This document shows, in pieces, positions 19,823 through 32,088 of a DNA stretch of 64,000 bases. Within the stretch, counting starts at the first letter, position 1. Every line of letters begins with the position of its first letter. A program made the position numbers and the translations under genes. Source of the DNA: Escherichia coli (GTDB taxonomy: Bacteria > Pseudomonadota > Gammaproteobacteria > Enterobacterales > Enterobacteriaceae); NCBI RefSeq assembly GCF_016903815.1, contig NZ_CP069973.1; one strand, given 5' to 3'. A model generated the notes under the pieces. That model saw only the letters and a program-made list of their open reading frames with translations, ran no database searches and was not told the DNA's origin.

Positions 19823-22114
19823 TTACCCTTCACGTTCCACAACTTTAATTTCCACCATGCCGATCCCGAGCTTACGCGGCGAGTGTCCGAGGATATTCCC
19901 TTCGTTGGTTGAGACAGGTTCCGGCGGCACAATTACCAGTGTGTCGGCATCGGTTGGGTTATCGAAATGCAGTGTGGTGGTGGTTACTTCATTGCCCAGC
20001 ACAAGAGTTTGTTCTTCATTGCCTACGCGTACCGGAATAGGACGGCTGGCGTTATTGCCGTATGCTTTGGCGGTAATCACCAGGTCAAATTTCTTCGGCA
20101 GCGGATGCTTGTACTCGATTTTTACTTCATCGCCCAGCTGAGCGTTGGACCAGCGGCCCCACGACTCCGGACGGGAAATCCCGCTAAACTGTTTCACCTC
20201 TTCTGGCGCACCGGCGACGTTGAAGATGAAACTGTCGGCTTTGTAGCGAATATCGTTATCAACAATTTTCAGCGTATCGACATTGCTTTTGTAACGCGCC
20301 ATGTCGATGACCGTATCTTTAAATGCCGTTTTGCCCTTCCACATTGTTTTATCAACATGCTGGACAATTTGCTGACCGCCAAGCTGCCCTTGCGAGACAC
20401 ACCAGTCGGTGGAGAGTGCCAGTTCCAGAGCCCAGAGTTGTGCCATCTTGTAGCAACGGTCAACCCAGACGAAATTGTCGCGTGGAGCGAAATCTGCCAG
20501 CTGGAAACGCAGCGGTGCTGAGTATTCGCTTTCCGGCAGCGGTTCCACGCGTTTGTCTGAAACCCGCAACAGCAGCGGCAAACGGAAATGGCTACCTGAG
20601 AAGGCAATCATGTTTTTCTGCTGGTCGATGGTGAACTCTTTCATCTCTTTAGGGAATTTCCACAGGCGGATGATATCCGGCTTCCACGCCAATGTTTTCT
20701 CTTTGATATTGAGGAAGATTTCCGACATCGACTGCCCGGATAAACTGCTACGGCCAAGTCCGAGATAGTTATCGCCACCGAGAATGTCCAGCACCGTCGC
20801 GCCGTTATCCATCGTATTACGCTTCACTGCCAGCGTCTCTTGCTGCGGCTTGTCGCCACGGATGACAAAAAACAGGTTATTGCGATCCTGCTTATTAAGG
20901 TATTTCCACGCCGTATTGTTCATCGCTAAATGGTCAGAAGAGACGACGATGACGGTATCTTTAAACCACGGTGACGCTTTGATTTTGTTGATAAACGTCG
21001 CAATATTCTCCTGGCTGCAACTTACCGCGCTGAATGACTGATTCGGCTTACCGTCAAAATCATATTTTTTGCGGTTACAGGTGCGCGAGATAAAACCATC
21101 CGGGTGATGGGTATCGACTGTCAGGGTAAACAGTGAGAATCGCTGACCTGAGCGGGAAAGCTCTTCAAATTTTTTCCACGCTTCATCGAGAACGGTATCG
21201 TCGTAGAATCCCCAGTCGTTGCGATAGTGCGGGTCGGCCACCACGCTTTTCAGCTCTTCTGAGCCGTATAAGTGGTCGAAGCCGTGCGATTTCAGGAACA
21301 CATCTTTACCGGCAAAACGCAGATTCGCGCCCTGCACGAAATAGTTCTGATAACCCGAGTTTTTCATAATATCGCCCAGACAGATGTTCTGCGGGAAGAA
21401 GCTGGAAACAGAAGCGGAGGCGTTGCCTTCAAATGGGGCAAACAGCGGTATGCCGCACTGAGAAGCCACCATGCCCGCAATCGTGTAATCCGTTCCTGGC
21501 AGCTGCTGCGTGTGGCTGAAATCCAGGCCTTCATTTTTCAACGCGCCCAGTTCAGGCGTGAGATCCGGGAAAGCCTCGTTATCAAAATAGGTCCGCTCGA
21601 GACTTTCGCCGTAGATATAAACCAGGTTGAGTTTCGGGTCAGGGATAGTTTTCGACGGCTCTTTATAATAAGCCGCAAAGTCCGGGTCGCCGTCGCGTGA
21701 CTGGGATTTCACCAGTTCCGTTATCTGACGAAATGCCGGGCTGGCATCCACTGAACCCAGCGCCAGTAAGAGTGCCAGCAGGCTGTAACCAAAATGGTGC
21801 GGATGATGACGACGACGGCGCAGGATCCAGCCCAGCGCACCGAACACCGCCGCCAGCCCCAGCACAATGCCGATACCAGGCAGGATGTATTTGCTGACAC
21901 CAGCACCGGTCAGGCTGTTGGTTAAGGTATAGAGAACCGCGTCGTTAATACCATCGCCAGTAAAATAGTCGCTGGCAAACAGGGTGATATTTAAAACGAC
22001 AAATAGCCCCAGTACCGTTAATGTGGCTGCAAACCACCAGGTGTTACGTCCCGCTTTCCATGCGTAAATCAGCACAGAGGCGAGAAAAAGGGCGAAAGAG
22101 AGTAGTTCTGACAA
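19823..22114 (-). CDS. opgB: Phosphoglycerol transferase I OpgB (MdoB), 763 aa
   Basis: ORF track 763 aa, N-terminal membrane segments plus sulfatase-like domain; length as recalled for K-12. Confidence 0.88.
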   Translation of the reverse strand: MSELLSFALFLASVLIYAWKAGRNTWWFAATLTVLGLFVVLNITLFASDYFTGDGINDAVLYTLTNSLTGAGVSKYILPGIGIVLGLAAVFGALGWILRRRRHHPHHFGYSLLALLLALGSVDASPAFRQITELVKSQSRDGDPDFAAYYKEPSKTIPDPKLNLVYIYGESLERTYFDNEAFPDLTPELGALKNEGLDFSHTQQLPGTDYTIAGMVASQCGIPLFAPFEGNASASVSSFFPQNICLGDIMKNSGYQNYFVQGANLRFAGKDVFLKSHGFDHLYGSEELKSVVADPHYRNDWGFYDDTVLDEAWKKFEELSRSGQRFSLFTLTVDTHHPDGFISRTCNRKKYDFDGKPNQSFSAVSCSQENIATFINKIKASPWFKDTVIVVSSDHLAMNNTAWKYLNKQDRNNLFFVIRGDKPQQETLAVKRNTMDNGATVLDILGGDNYLGLGRSSLSGQSMSEIFLNIKEKTLAWKPDIIRLWKFPKEMKEFTIDQQKNMIAFSGSHFRLPLLLRVSDKRVEPLPESEYSAPLRFQLADFAPRDNFVWVDRCYKMAQLWALELALSTDWCVSQGQLGGQQIVQHVDKTMWKGKTAFKDTVIDMARYKSNVDTLKIVDNDIRYKADSFIFNVAGAPEEVKQFSGISRPESWGRWSNAQLGDEVKIEYKHPLPKKFDLVITAKAYGNNASRPIPVRVGNEEQTLVLGNEVTTTTLHFDNPTDADTLVIVPPEPVSTNEGNILGHSPRKLGIGMVEIKVVEREG

Positions 22115-22367
22115 CGGGCGATCCTCACTAAACCGGGCCGTTTAGCCAACGTTTAAGCTTTTTGAGAAGCACAATGTAATGGCGTCGCCATATTGCTGCA
22201 ATTCTAGTGTCAAAAAAATGCGATGTTGTTAGGAATTAGTTTATAAACAGACTTTTTTGATCGCGGTCACTTCCCGTGTAACAGGGGTAAAACCGTCCAG
22301 GAGCAGGGAAAAGGGCAGGAGAGAGCCGCGTCAGCCGGGTAACAGCTAAAACGCGGCGTTTCGCGGT

Positions 22368-22865
22368 TCAGGAAATGAAGTTCAGCCCCTGCTTTAACAC
22401 CAGATCGCAGGCTTTGGTTTTCACCTTTTCTGCCAGCGGAGTCGTTCCAATATTATCCAGATTGAGTTGCTGACCATCTTTGGTTTTCAGCAAACCCTGA
22501 ATGCCATCCAGATAGTTGGTGTCTTCTTTTTGCTCTTCACTGTTCAGGCCCAGTTTTTCCAGTACCTGATTCTTGATGTTTTCGGCATCGGTTACCGAAG
22601 CCAGCTTTTGCTTCGCGCAGTATTGCAGAATGCCTGCGGCGTTGTTCATGTTATCTGCGCTTAAGGCCTGGTTCCCGTTGCTAAGCAAGTTAGTTAATGA
22701 CGCGAGCGACCAACCGCCTTCCTGTGTCGTGTTGTTTTGGTTGCCAAGTTCGCTGGCGGCGCTGGAGAGCGCATCTTTCCAGGACGCAGCATGCACCCCG
22801 GTGGAAATTAATGCGCTGGCGGCAATGGCACAGCACAGAAGATGTTTAATAGTTTTCATCATCAT
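22368..22865 (-). CDS. yjjA: YjjA, DUF2501 periplasmic protein (about 164 aa)
   Basis: ORF track 165 aa with signal peptide; start may be the second or third Met. Confidence 0.75.
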   Translation of the reverse strand: MMMKTIKHLLCCAIAASALISTGVHAASWKDALSSAASELGNQNNTTQEGGWSLASLTNLLSNGNQALSADNMNNAAGILQYCAKQKLASVTDAENIKNQVLEKLGLNSEEQKEDTNYLDGIQGLLKTKDGQQLNLDNIGTTPLAEKVKTKACDLVLKQGLNFIS

Positions 22866-22910
22866 TACTCAAGGTTGAATTGTGTCGCAGTATACCGCCA
22901 TAAACGGGGA

Positions 22911-23648
22911 TTAATACTCTTTACCTGTTACACGGCTACGGTAGCTATCCCAGTTGAAGATCACCCACAAACTGTTACCCAGGCGCATACGGTCCATCAC
23001 GCGTTCGCCCAGCAACTTGGTCATCTCTTCCATATTACTGTTGGTCAGCATCCCGGTTGGGCGTTTGGAAGAAGAGCGGCGATCGACGATCTGGTTGATG
23101 ATCACTTTTTCGTATTTCGATTCGGTCTGCACGCCGATCTCATCGATCACCAGCAGATCAACGTTACTCAGATCGTTAAGCAGTTGTTCTTCGCTGGTAC
23201 CGCTATTCCTGAAGGTATCTTTCATCGCCGACATAATATCGGCCACGGTGATGATCAATACGGATTTACCGCGTAGCAGCAGCTCGTTGCAGATTGCCGC
23301 CGCCAGATGGTTTTTGCCGGTTCCTGGCTTGCCAGAAAAGATGAAGCTGGCGATGTTGCCGTCAAACTCTTCGACATACTGGCGCGCTTTGCTTAACGCA
23401 TTCATTTGCCCTTCACACTCAACGCGATAGTTCTCAAAGGAGCAGTTCTGATGCAGTGGACGAATACCGGAGCGGTTAAAGGTGCGCTGCATTTTCATCG
23501 CCCGATTTTCACGTTCGAGAGCGGCGGAGCGGATCGCCCCTTGTTCTTTCTGCCAGGCCAGTAATTCTTCACCCGTTTTGAAAGCAGGTTTGATATGGGC
23601 AGGCATCATTTTTTGCAGGCGTTGCATCAGGTCGCCAACGTTTTTCAT
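22911..23648 (-). CDS. dnaC: DNA replication helicase loader DnaC (245 aa)
   Basis: ORF track 245 aa, Walker A GKPGTGKNHLAAAI; operon with dnaT. Confidence 0.93.
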   Translation of the reverse strand: MKNVGDLMQRLQKMMPAHIKPAFKTGEELLAWQKEQGAIRSAALERENRAMKMQRTFNRSGIRPLHQNCSFENYRVECEGQMNALSKARQYVEEFDGNIASFIFSGKPGTGKNHLAAAICNELLLRGKSVLIITVADIMSAMKDTFRNSGTSEEQLLNDLSNVDLLVIDEIGVQTESKYEKVIINQIVDRRSSSKRPTGMLTNSNMEEMTKLLGERVMDRMRLGNSLWVIFNWDSYRSRVTGKEY

Positions 23649-23650
23649 CG

Positions 23651-24190
23651 TTACCCTCTGAATCCTGGTGGAATTTGGCTGTCAGGTTCACTGACCGTAT
23701 TCACATCTCGTTTCGGCAGTCCGCCGTTGCTGGCACGACCGATTTGCAGGCTGCGCGCCAGTTTTTGTTGCCACTGCACATGGTGAAAGACTTTGCCTTC
23801 CGCCTGCCAGTAGGCAATGAATGACGCCAGTTCTTCGGCGGTCACCGACTCTCTTAGTGCCACGCCCCATAGCGCCGCCAGGCGGATAAAGTCGGCATCG
23901 GGTTGCCAGTCTGGGTACATGGCAAATTTCCCCATGGGTACGGCAACGGGAGCGGTTTGCGGTTCCTGATAGAGTTGATCGTCCAGAGCGACATCGCTTC
24001 CCGGACGCGCCAGCTTTTCTTCCAGCGCCAGCAGTTCAGCCAGGCGTGCAGGAGTGATGGCATAAAACGCCGGGGCATTGTTAGCAAATACGGCAACCAC
24101 ACCGCCTTCAGCTTTTGCCAGAACGGTTTGGTGATCGTGTACCAGGGCGTCAATACCAACGACGTCCGGGGTCAAAACTCTGGAAGACAT
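23651..24190 (-). CDS. dnaT: Primosomal protein DnaT (about 179 aa)
   Basis: ORF track 183 aa; start set to the internal Met ([14 protein letters not shown]) to match the recalled length. Confidence 0.88.
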   Translation of the reverse strand: MSSRVLTPDVVGIDALVHDHQTVLAKAEGGVVAVFANNAPAFYAITPARLAELLALEEKLARPGSDVALDDQLYQEPQTAPVAVPMGKFAMYPDWQPDADFIRLAALWGVALRESVTAEELASFIAYWQAEGKVFHHVQWQQKLARSLQIGRASNGGLPKRDVNTVSEPDSQIPPGFRG

Positions 24191-24297
24191 ACTGTTTCTC
24201 AAATATGGAACGATGAACGAGAAGGGAGATAACTTTTATAGTAACACACGGAGGAGAGGAGGCTGTCTCTCATCCGCGTGCTTTAAGTGAGGCAATT

Positions 24298-25532
<1,235 letters not shown>

Positions 25533-26151
25533 AACTCGCCCTTTGTCATAGACGTGCTGCGTATTGTTCAGATAATGAGAATCCATTTGTATCATGAAGC
25601 ACGGTTGTTTTGCGGTAGGTTAAGATCAAAATTGCGCTGATTAATCCTGGTTATCGGGAGATGCTCGGTGATAAAAAGCGAATTATCTCTCGCCGTAAAC
25701 AAACTATCGCATGAATATTATCACTATAATGAATTTGTTATTTGGCCTTTACGAGTCAGGATAATAGATAGCTGGGCGCGTTTTTTTATGTTAACAAGTT
25801 AAAACCATCAGATTTTATTGAATAAATATTGATTGTGTGATTCCCGCACTCTGCGGGAAGGGATATCATTTAATTATAAATTAAATGAATGTGATTTCTG
25901 TTTTTCATTAAGTATTCCTAACAACTTAATGTAGATATTTTAAATGTCTCCAGGCTATTTCACCAGGTTATCATTTGATGCTAACCTTCTGACACATGCA
26001 GTGGAGTTGTTGTGCAGCAGGAGTATGCTGATATGAAAGTGAATGCTAAGGATAATTTATTCGCTTAATCTATTAATTTGCTGGAAACATTTAAGGAATG
26101 AATATCCTGAATAAACCATCATGATTTTTAGACAGTGGATGTGGAGGAAAT

Positions 26152-26877
26152 ATGTTGCCAGGATGCTGCAAAAATGGAATTGTTATCAGTAAAATACCTG
26201 TTATGCAAGCAGGGTTAAAAGAGGTCATGAGGACTCACTTCCCTGAATATGAAATAATATCCAGCGCCTCTGCGGAGGACCTTACCTTATTACAATTACG
26301 TCGTTCCGGATTAGTCATTGCTGATTTAGCCGGTGAAAGTGAAGATCCACGTTCTGTTTGTGAACATTATTATTCTTTAATCTCACAATATCGGGAAATT
26401 CACTGGGTTTTCATGGTGTCACGCTCCTGGTATTCCCAGGCAGTAGAATTGCTCATGTGCCCTACGGCGACGTTATTGTCTGATGTTGAACCCATTGAGA
26501 ATCTGGTCAAGACCGTACGTTCCGGCAATACGCACGCAGAGCGTATCAGCGCCATGCTGACCTCTCCGGCAATGACTGAAACTCATGATTTTAGCTATCG
26601 CTCCGTCATTCTCACTCTTTCAGAGCGCAAGGTACTGCGGCTATTAGGTAAAGGATGGGGCATCAACCAGATAGCTTCGTTGCTTAAGAAAAGTAATAAA
26701 ACTATCAGCGCCCAAAAAAACAGTGCGATGCGTCGACTGGCAATTCACAGCAACGCTGAAATGTATGCATGGATAAATAGCGCGCAGGGTGCAAGAGAAC
26801 TTAACTTGCCTTCTGTTTATGGAGATGCCGCAGAATGGAACACAGCCGAATTAAGAAGAGAAATGTCGCACTCATAG
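26152..26877 (+). CDS. yjjQ: LuxR/FixJ-type transcriptional regulator YjjQ (241 aa)
   Basis: ORF track 241 aa with C-terminal LuxR-type HTH; follows a long AT-rich region; overlaps bglJ. Confidence 0.82.
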
Positions 26878-27512
26878 AAAAATGCGTCATGAGCAGTATC
26901 GGTATTGAGAGTTTATTCAGAAAGTTTGCGGGTAACCCTTATAAGCTCCATACCTATACCAGTCAGGAGTCATTTCAGGATGCCATGTCGCGGATCTCAT
27001 TTGCGGCGGTCATTTTTTCTTTTTCTGCCATGAGAAGTGAGCGCAGAGAGGGATTATCTTGCCTGACTGAACTGGCGATTAAGTTTCCGCGTACCCGGCG
27101 TTTAGTTATTGCGGATGATGATATTGAAGCTCGGCTGATTGGTTCATTGTCGCCATCACCGCTGGACGGTGTATTAAGTAAAGCGTCAACGCTGGAGATT
27201 TTTCATCAGGAACTCTTTTTGTCATTAAATGGTGTACGTCAGGCGACCGACCGACTGAACAATCAGTGGTACATTAACCAAAGCCGGACGTTAAGCCCGA
27301 CGGAGAGAGAAATATTGCGCTTTATGTCGCGTGGCTACTCAATGACACAAATTGCCGAGCAGCTTAAACGCAATATCAAAACGATCCGTGCACATAAATT
27401 TAATGTGATGTCGAAACTGGGCGTCAGTTCTGATGCAGGGTTGTTGGAGGCCGCAGATATTCTGTTATGTATGCGGCATTGCGAAGCAAGTAATGTGTTG
27501 CATCCCTATTAA
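26835..27512 (+). CDS. bglJ: LuxR-type regulator BglJ (225 aa)
   Basis: ORF track 225 aa with C-terminal LuxR HTH ([24 protein letters not shown]); co-operonic with yjjQ. Confidence 0.82.
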
Positions 27513-27549
27513 TCCGCATTATGCCGGGTTTACTTCCCCGGCAGTGCTT

Positions 27550-28338
27550 TCATTTCAGCGTACAATCGCCACATTGCTGCACATCCGGTAAGCGATAACG
27601 CTGGCAGCAAGTGCGGCGCACCAGCAGGCCGTCGCGCAGTACCACGGTACGCCAGAGTGGATTATCTTCACCGGTAGAAAGCGTTTTCTCAAAAAAGAGG
27701 GCATGGCGCAGCGATTCAACCGTCGCCTCGCCGAGCAGTTGCTTCATCTCAGTGAGATACCAGTTGATCAAATAACCGGTATTACTCCAGATAAGTTTGC
27801 CGTTGATCTCTCCGGTCGCTTCTAGTGCCTGCACAACCGGAACCAGCGCCTGGCTGATTAACGTTTCCATTCGCTGCTGCGGCGAATGTGGTGTTGCGTT
27901 TTTATCTTCACACACATCGACCCAGAAACAGGCGGCACGGCCGGTTTCGTGAAACTCAGCATGGAAATGTTCCGGCGACACATCTAATGCCTTTTCCTGC
28001 GTCAGTAGCGCCAGCATTAATGGTGGCACCATCAGGCCGATATACCATTGTGCCCATAGCGAGATCAGCGGTTTGTTCTCGCGGATCATCGTTGGTTGGT
28101 TGCGATAGATATGATCGGAATAGACCGCGAGTAGAGAACTTAGCGCATTCGGTGATGACCATTGCGCCAGCGTCATGGCGTTAAGCGGAGCGGGTTCATC
28201 CAGGCGGATAAACTCCAGCAAATGTTCACGATGTTCGGCGATCGTCGCACGTACGGCTTGTGCAAGCCCAGCATCCTGTGGCTGGAGATGCGTTCGCCAG
28301 ATAACATCTTCATAGAGCGGTGCGGAACGATAGGCCAT
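27550..28338 (-). CDS. fhuF: Ferric-siderophore reductase FhuF (262 aa)
   Basis: ORF track 262 aa with C-terminal 2Fe-2S cysteine cluster (CCQRYRLPDVQQCGDC). Confidence 0.88.
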   Translation of the reverse strand: MAYRSAPLYEDVIWRTHLQPQDAGLAQAVRATIAEHREHLLEFIRLDEPAPLNAMTLAQWSSPNALSSLLAVYSDHIYRNQPTMIRENKPLISLWAQWYIGLMVPPLMLALLTQEKALDVSPEHFHAEFHETGRAACFWVDVCEDKNATPHSPQQRMETLISQALVPVVQALEATGEINGKLIWSNTGYLINWYLTEMKQLLGEATVESLRHALFFEKTLSTGEDNPLWRTVVLRDGLLVRRTCCQRYRLPDVQQCGDCTLK

Positions 28339-28354
28339 AATCGGGATAGTAATC

Positions 28355-28465
28355 TAAATGATAATGATTGCTAATCCTAGCGATAGGTTTATCCGATAGC
28401 AAGGGATTTCTCTGGCTTGCAAATGATAAAAATTATCATATGATATTGGTTATCATTATCAATGA
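28355..28465. promoter_or_regulatory. Fur boxes in the fhuF/yjjZ divergent promoter
   Basis: aatgataatgattgctaat and aatgataaaaattatcatatgatattggttatcattatc match the Fur consensus GATAATGATAATCATTATC. Confidence 0.7.
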
Positions 28466-28478
28466 AAGAGATGAAACC

Positions 28479-28715
28479 ATGTTGCAACGTACGCTGGGCA
28501 GTGGCTGGGGAGTGTTGCTGCCAGGATTGCTGATTGCAGGGCTGATGTATGCGGATTTATCACCGGATCAGTGGCGGATTGTCATTCTGATGGGATTAGT
28601 ATTGACGTCGGTGATGCTGTATCACAAACAGTTACGGCATTACGTTTTGCTACCATCGTGCCTGGCGCTTATTGCTGCCATCATGCTGATGATAATGAAT
28701 TTGAATCAGGGATGA
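28479..28715 (+). CDS. yjjZ: YjjZ small membrane protein (78 aa)
   Basis: ORF track 115 aa; start set to the internal Met (MLQRTLGSGWGVLL) to give the recalled 78 aa. Confidence 0.65.
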   Translation: MLQRTLGSGWGVLLPGLLIAGLMYADLSPDQWRIVILMGLVLTSVMLYHKQLRHYVLLPSCLALIAAIMLMIMNLNQG

Positions 28716-28743
28716 AAAATCAAGGAAGAAACAAGAAAGGAAG

Positions 28744-28830
28744 TAAAGATAATTGGTGCGAGGGGGGGGACTTGAACCCCCACGTCCGTAAGGACACTAA
28801 CACCTGAAGCTAGCGCGTCTACCAATTCCG
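28744..28830 (-). tRNA. leuV: tRNA-Leu (anticodon CAG), 87 nt
   Basis: Reverse complement reads GCGAAGGTGGCGGAATTGGTAGACGCGCTAGCTTCAGGTGTTAGTGTCCTTACGGACGTGGGGGTTCAAGTCCCCCCCCTCGCACCA, anticodon loop CTTCAGGTG, long variable arm, encoded CCA. Confidence 0.92.
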
Positions 28831-28874
28831 CCACCTTCGCACAGTCATCTTACTTTTTTTGATATCGCCTCGTT

Positions 28875-28961
28875 TGGTGCGAGGGGGGGGACTTGAACCC
28901 CCACGTCCGTAAGAACACTAACACCTGAAGCTAGCGCGTCTACCAATTCCGCCACCTTCGC
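28875..28961 (-). tRNA. leuP: tRNA-Leu (anticodon CAG), 87 nt, with one base difference in the variable arm
   Basis: Same sequence as the flanking copies except GTGTTC instead of GTGTCC in the variable-arm stem. Confidence 0.9.
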
Positions 28962-28989
28962 CCAGTGCGAGCAATATCAACGTGGTTTT

Positions 28990-29076
28990 TGGTGCGAGGG
29001 GGGGGACTTGAACCCCCACGTCCGTAAGGACACTAACACCTGAAGCTAGCGCGTCTACCAATTCCGCCACCTTCGC
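28990..29076 (-). tRNA. leuQ: tRNA-Leu (anticodon CAG), 87 nt
   Basis: Identical to the first copy; the three genes are separated by about 28-44 bp spacers. Confidence 0.92.
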
Positions 29077-29204
29077 ATACCATCAATTCTTAAAAAGAAT
29101 TGCTACCACGGAGGCGCATTCTAGTGGTTTTCAGCTTTTCGTCAATAGTTAATTATCGCCGGAGGTGTAATTGCTGGAAAAATGTCCATCAGGAAACTAG
29201 CGTG

Positions 29205-29335
<131 letters not shown>

Positions 29336-29343
29336 CGAGATAA

Positions 29344-30375
29344 TTAACCTTTCTTCGCCTGGCGGGTCATAATGGCGCGATACACCTTGAAACGCCCGGT
29401 TTGCGCAATCACTTCATGGAAGCCAAATGTCTCATCCAGCACGTCCGGGTAAGGCAGGAAGGCGTTCGCTACAATTCGCAGCTCGCCGCCGCTATTAAGA
29501 TGACGCACCGCGCCGCGAATCAGCGTTTGCGCCGCATCCAGGCTGGTTTGCATCCCATCGTGGAACGGCGGGTTGGAGATGATCATATCAAAACGACCTT
29601 TCACCTCGGAAAAGACGTTGCTGGCAAAGACTTCACCTTCAACACAGTTGGCCGCAAGTGTTGCGCGGCTGGCTTCTACCGCTGGCGCAGAGACATCGCA
29701 CAAGGTGAGACGAATTTTCGGCGAATGGCGCGCAAAGGCAACTGAAAGCACCCCCGCGCCACAGCCGACATCCAGCACTTTACCTTTCGTGTGCGGGGTT
29801 AACGTCGAGAGTAACAACTGGCTACCGACATCCAGACCGTCGCGGCTAAACACGCCAGGCAGCGTTTTGACCGTCAGGCCATCGACGCTGTATTCGCCCC
29901 AGAATTTATCCGCATCAAATACTGGCTGTTTTTCCAGACGACCAAAATAGAGGCCACAGCGACGAGCGCTGTCGACTTTATTCAACGGCGCATAATCTGC
30001 CAGCATCTGCTCGGCGCTGCGCACGCCGCTGCGGTTCTCGCCAACGACAAAAATATCCGTCCCCACCGGCAGCAGAGAAAGTAAATTCATCAACTGGAAC
30101 TGGGCTTCCGGTTTGTTCTTCGGCCAGTAGTAAATCAGCGTATCGCAATCTGCGACGTCATCCGCCGTGGCGACCAGACTGAAACGGGCGTTATCCCCCA
30201 TCTGGCGGCTTAATACCTGCCAGTGGTGGAATTGCTGGGTATGAGCACGGCTGGCCGCGGTATCTAAACGCGCGGGCAGGTCATCCTGTAAGTCTCCGGC
30301 AAACAGAATACGGCTTTGTTCGAAATCATCACTGTGACGCAGCAAGACTTCACTTGCCGGGGTAAATGCAGACAT
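29344..30375 (-). CDS. rsmC: 16S rRNA (guanine1207-N2)-methyltransferase RsmC (343 aa)
   Basis: ORF track 343 aa with SAM-binding motif [11 protein letters not shown] and NPPFH catalytic motif. Confidence 0.88.
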
Positions 30376-30477
30376 GGAATGCTCCTCAATTGATACTGGC
30401 GGCGATTATAGCCATATGTTGGCGCGGTATCGACGAATTTGCTATATTTGCGCCCCTGACAACAGGAGCGATTCGCT

Positions 30478-30891
30478 ATGACATCCCGACGAGACTGGCA
30501 GTTACAGCAACTGGGCATTACCCAGTGGTCGCTGCGTCGCCCTGGCGCGTTGCAGGGGGAGATTGCCATTGCGATCCCGGCACACGTCCGTCTGGTGATG
30601 GTGGCAAACGATCTTCCCGCCCTGACTGATCCTTTAGTGAGCGATGTTCTGCGCGCATTAACCGTCAGCCCCGATCAAGTGCTGCAACTGACGCCAGAAA
30701 AAATCGCGATGCTGCCGCAAGGCAGTCGCTGCAACAGCTGGCGGTTGGGTACTGACGAACCGCTATCATTGGAAGGCGCTCAGGTGGCATCACCGGCGCT
30801 CACCGAATTACGGGCAAACCCAACGGCACGCGCCGCGTTATGGCAACAAATTTGCACATATGAACACGATTTCTTCCCTCGAAACGGCTGA
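30478..30891 (+). CDS. holD: DNA polymerase III psi subunit HolD (137 aa)
   Basis: ORF track 137 aa MTSRRDWQLQQLGITQW; divergent from rsmC, overlaps rimI. Confidence 0.88.
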   Translation: MTSRRDWQLQQLGITQWSLRRPGALQGEIAIAIPAHVRLVMVANDLPALTDPLVSDVLRALTVSPDQVLQLTPEKIAMLPQGSRCNSWRLGTDEPLSLEGAQVASPALTELRANPTARAALWQQICTYEHDFFPRNG

Positions 30892-31306
30892 TTTACCAGC
30901 GGCTTACCATATTGAACAACGCGCCCACGCCTTTCCGTGGAGTGAAAAAACCTTTGCCAGCAACCAGGGCGAGCGTTATCTCAACTTTCAGTTAACGCAA
31001 AACGGCAAAATGGCGGCGTTTGCGATTACGCAAGTGGTGCTGGATGAAGCTACATTGTTCAATATTGCGGTCGATCCTGACTATCAGCGTCAGGGATTGG
31101 GAAGGGCGCTGCTGGAACATCTGATCGACGAACTGGAAAAACGCGGCGTGGCGACACTATGGCTGGAAGTCCGTGCTTCAAACGCTGCCGCCATTGCCCT
31201 GTACGAAAGTTTAGGCTTTAACGAGGCGACAATTCGCCGCAATTACTACCCCACCACGGACGGTCGCGAAGACGCCATCATCATGGCGTTGCCAATCAGT
31301 ATGTAA
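30860..31306 (+). CDS. rimI: Ribosomal protein S18 alanine N-acetyltransferase RimI (148 aa)
   Basis: ORF track 148 aa with GNAT motif [13 protein letters not shown]. Confidence 0.88.
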   Translation: MNTISSLETADLPAAYHIEQRAHAFPWSEKTFASNQGERYLNFQLTQNGKMAAFAITQVVLDEATLFNIAVDPDYQRQGLGRALLEHLIDELEKRGVATLWLEVRASNAAAIALYESLGFNEATIRRNYYPTTDGREDAIIMALPISM

Positions 31307-31320
31307 GACAAGGTGGAATA

Positions 31321-31998
31321 ATGAAGTGGGACTGGATTTTCTTTGATGCCGATGAAACGCTGTTTACCTTTGACTCATTCACCGGCCTGCAGCGGATGTT
31401 TCTTGATTACAGCGTCACCTTTACCGCTGAAGATTTTCAGGACTATCAGGCCGTTAACAAGCCACTGTGGGTGGATTATCAAAACGGCGCGATCACTTCA
31501 TTACAGCTTCAGCACGGGCGGTTTGAGAGCTGGGCCGAACGGCTGAACGTCGAGCCGGGTAAACTCAACGAAGCCTTTATTAATGCGATGGCGGAAATCT
31601 GTACGCCGCTGCCGGGCGCGGTTTCTCTGCTTAACGCCATTCGTGGCAACGCTAAAATTGGCATCATCACCAACGGCTTTAGCGCCTTGCAGCAAGTGCG
31701 TCTGGAACGCACGGGCCTGCGTGATTATTTCGATTTGCTGGTGATTTCCGAAGAAGTTGGCGTTGCCAAACCGAATAAGAAAATTTTCGATTATGCGCTG
31801 GAACAGGCGGGCAATCCTGACCGTTCACGCGTGCTGATGGTTGGCGACACTGCCGAGTCCGATATTCTCGGTGGCATCAACGCCGGGCTTGCGACCTGCT
31901 GGCTGAATGCGCACAATCGCGAGCAACCAGAAGGCATCGCGCCCACCTGGACCGTTTCTTCGTTGCACGAACTGGAGCAGCTCCTGTGTAAACACTGA
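31321..31998 (+). CDS. yjjG: HAD-family pyrimidine 5'-nucleotidase YjjG (225 aa)
   Basis: ORF track 225 aa with HAD motif [10 protein letters not shown]. Confidence 0.88.
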   Translation: MKWDWIFFDADETLFTFDSFTGLQRMFLDYSVTFTAEDFQDYQAVNKPLWVDYQNGAITSLQLQHGRFESWAERLNVEPGKLNEAFINAMAEICTPLPGAVSLLNAIRGNAKIGIITNGFSALQQVRLERTGLRDYFDLLVISEEVGVAKPNKKIFDYALEQAGNPDRSRVLMVGDTAESDILGGINAGLATCWLNAHNREQPEGIAPTWTVSSLHELEQLLCKH

Positions 31999-32088
31999 TT
32001 GCCTCCCCCCCGTTGATGGGTAAAATAGCCGCAATTTTTCGTTTTCAACAAGCGCGGCGCGATGCCGCTTACTCAAGAAGAAAGAATT

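Noticed and set aside
28716-29090. Possible CRISPR-like spacing of the three 87-bp repeats
   Set aside because: The repeats are complete tRNA-Leu genes with anticodon loop and CCA end, spacers are only about 28-44 bp, and no cas genes are present
32062-32088. N-terminal extension of prfC from the upstream Met (538 aa instead of about 529)
   Set aside because: The recalled RF3 N-terminus begins at the internal Met; the upstream Met only extends the frame
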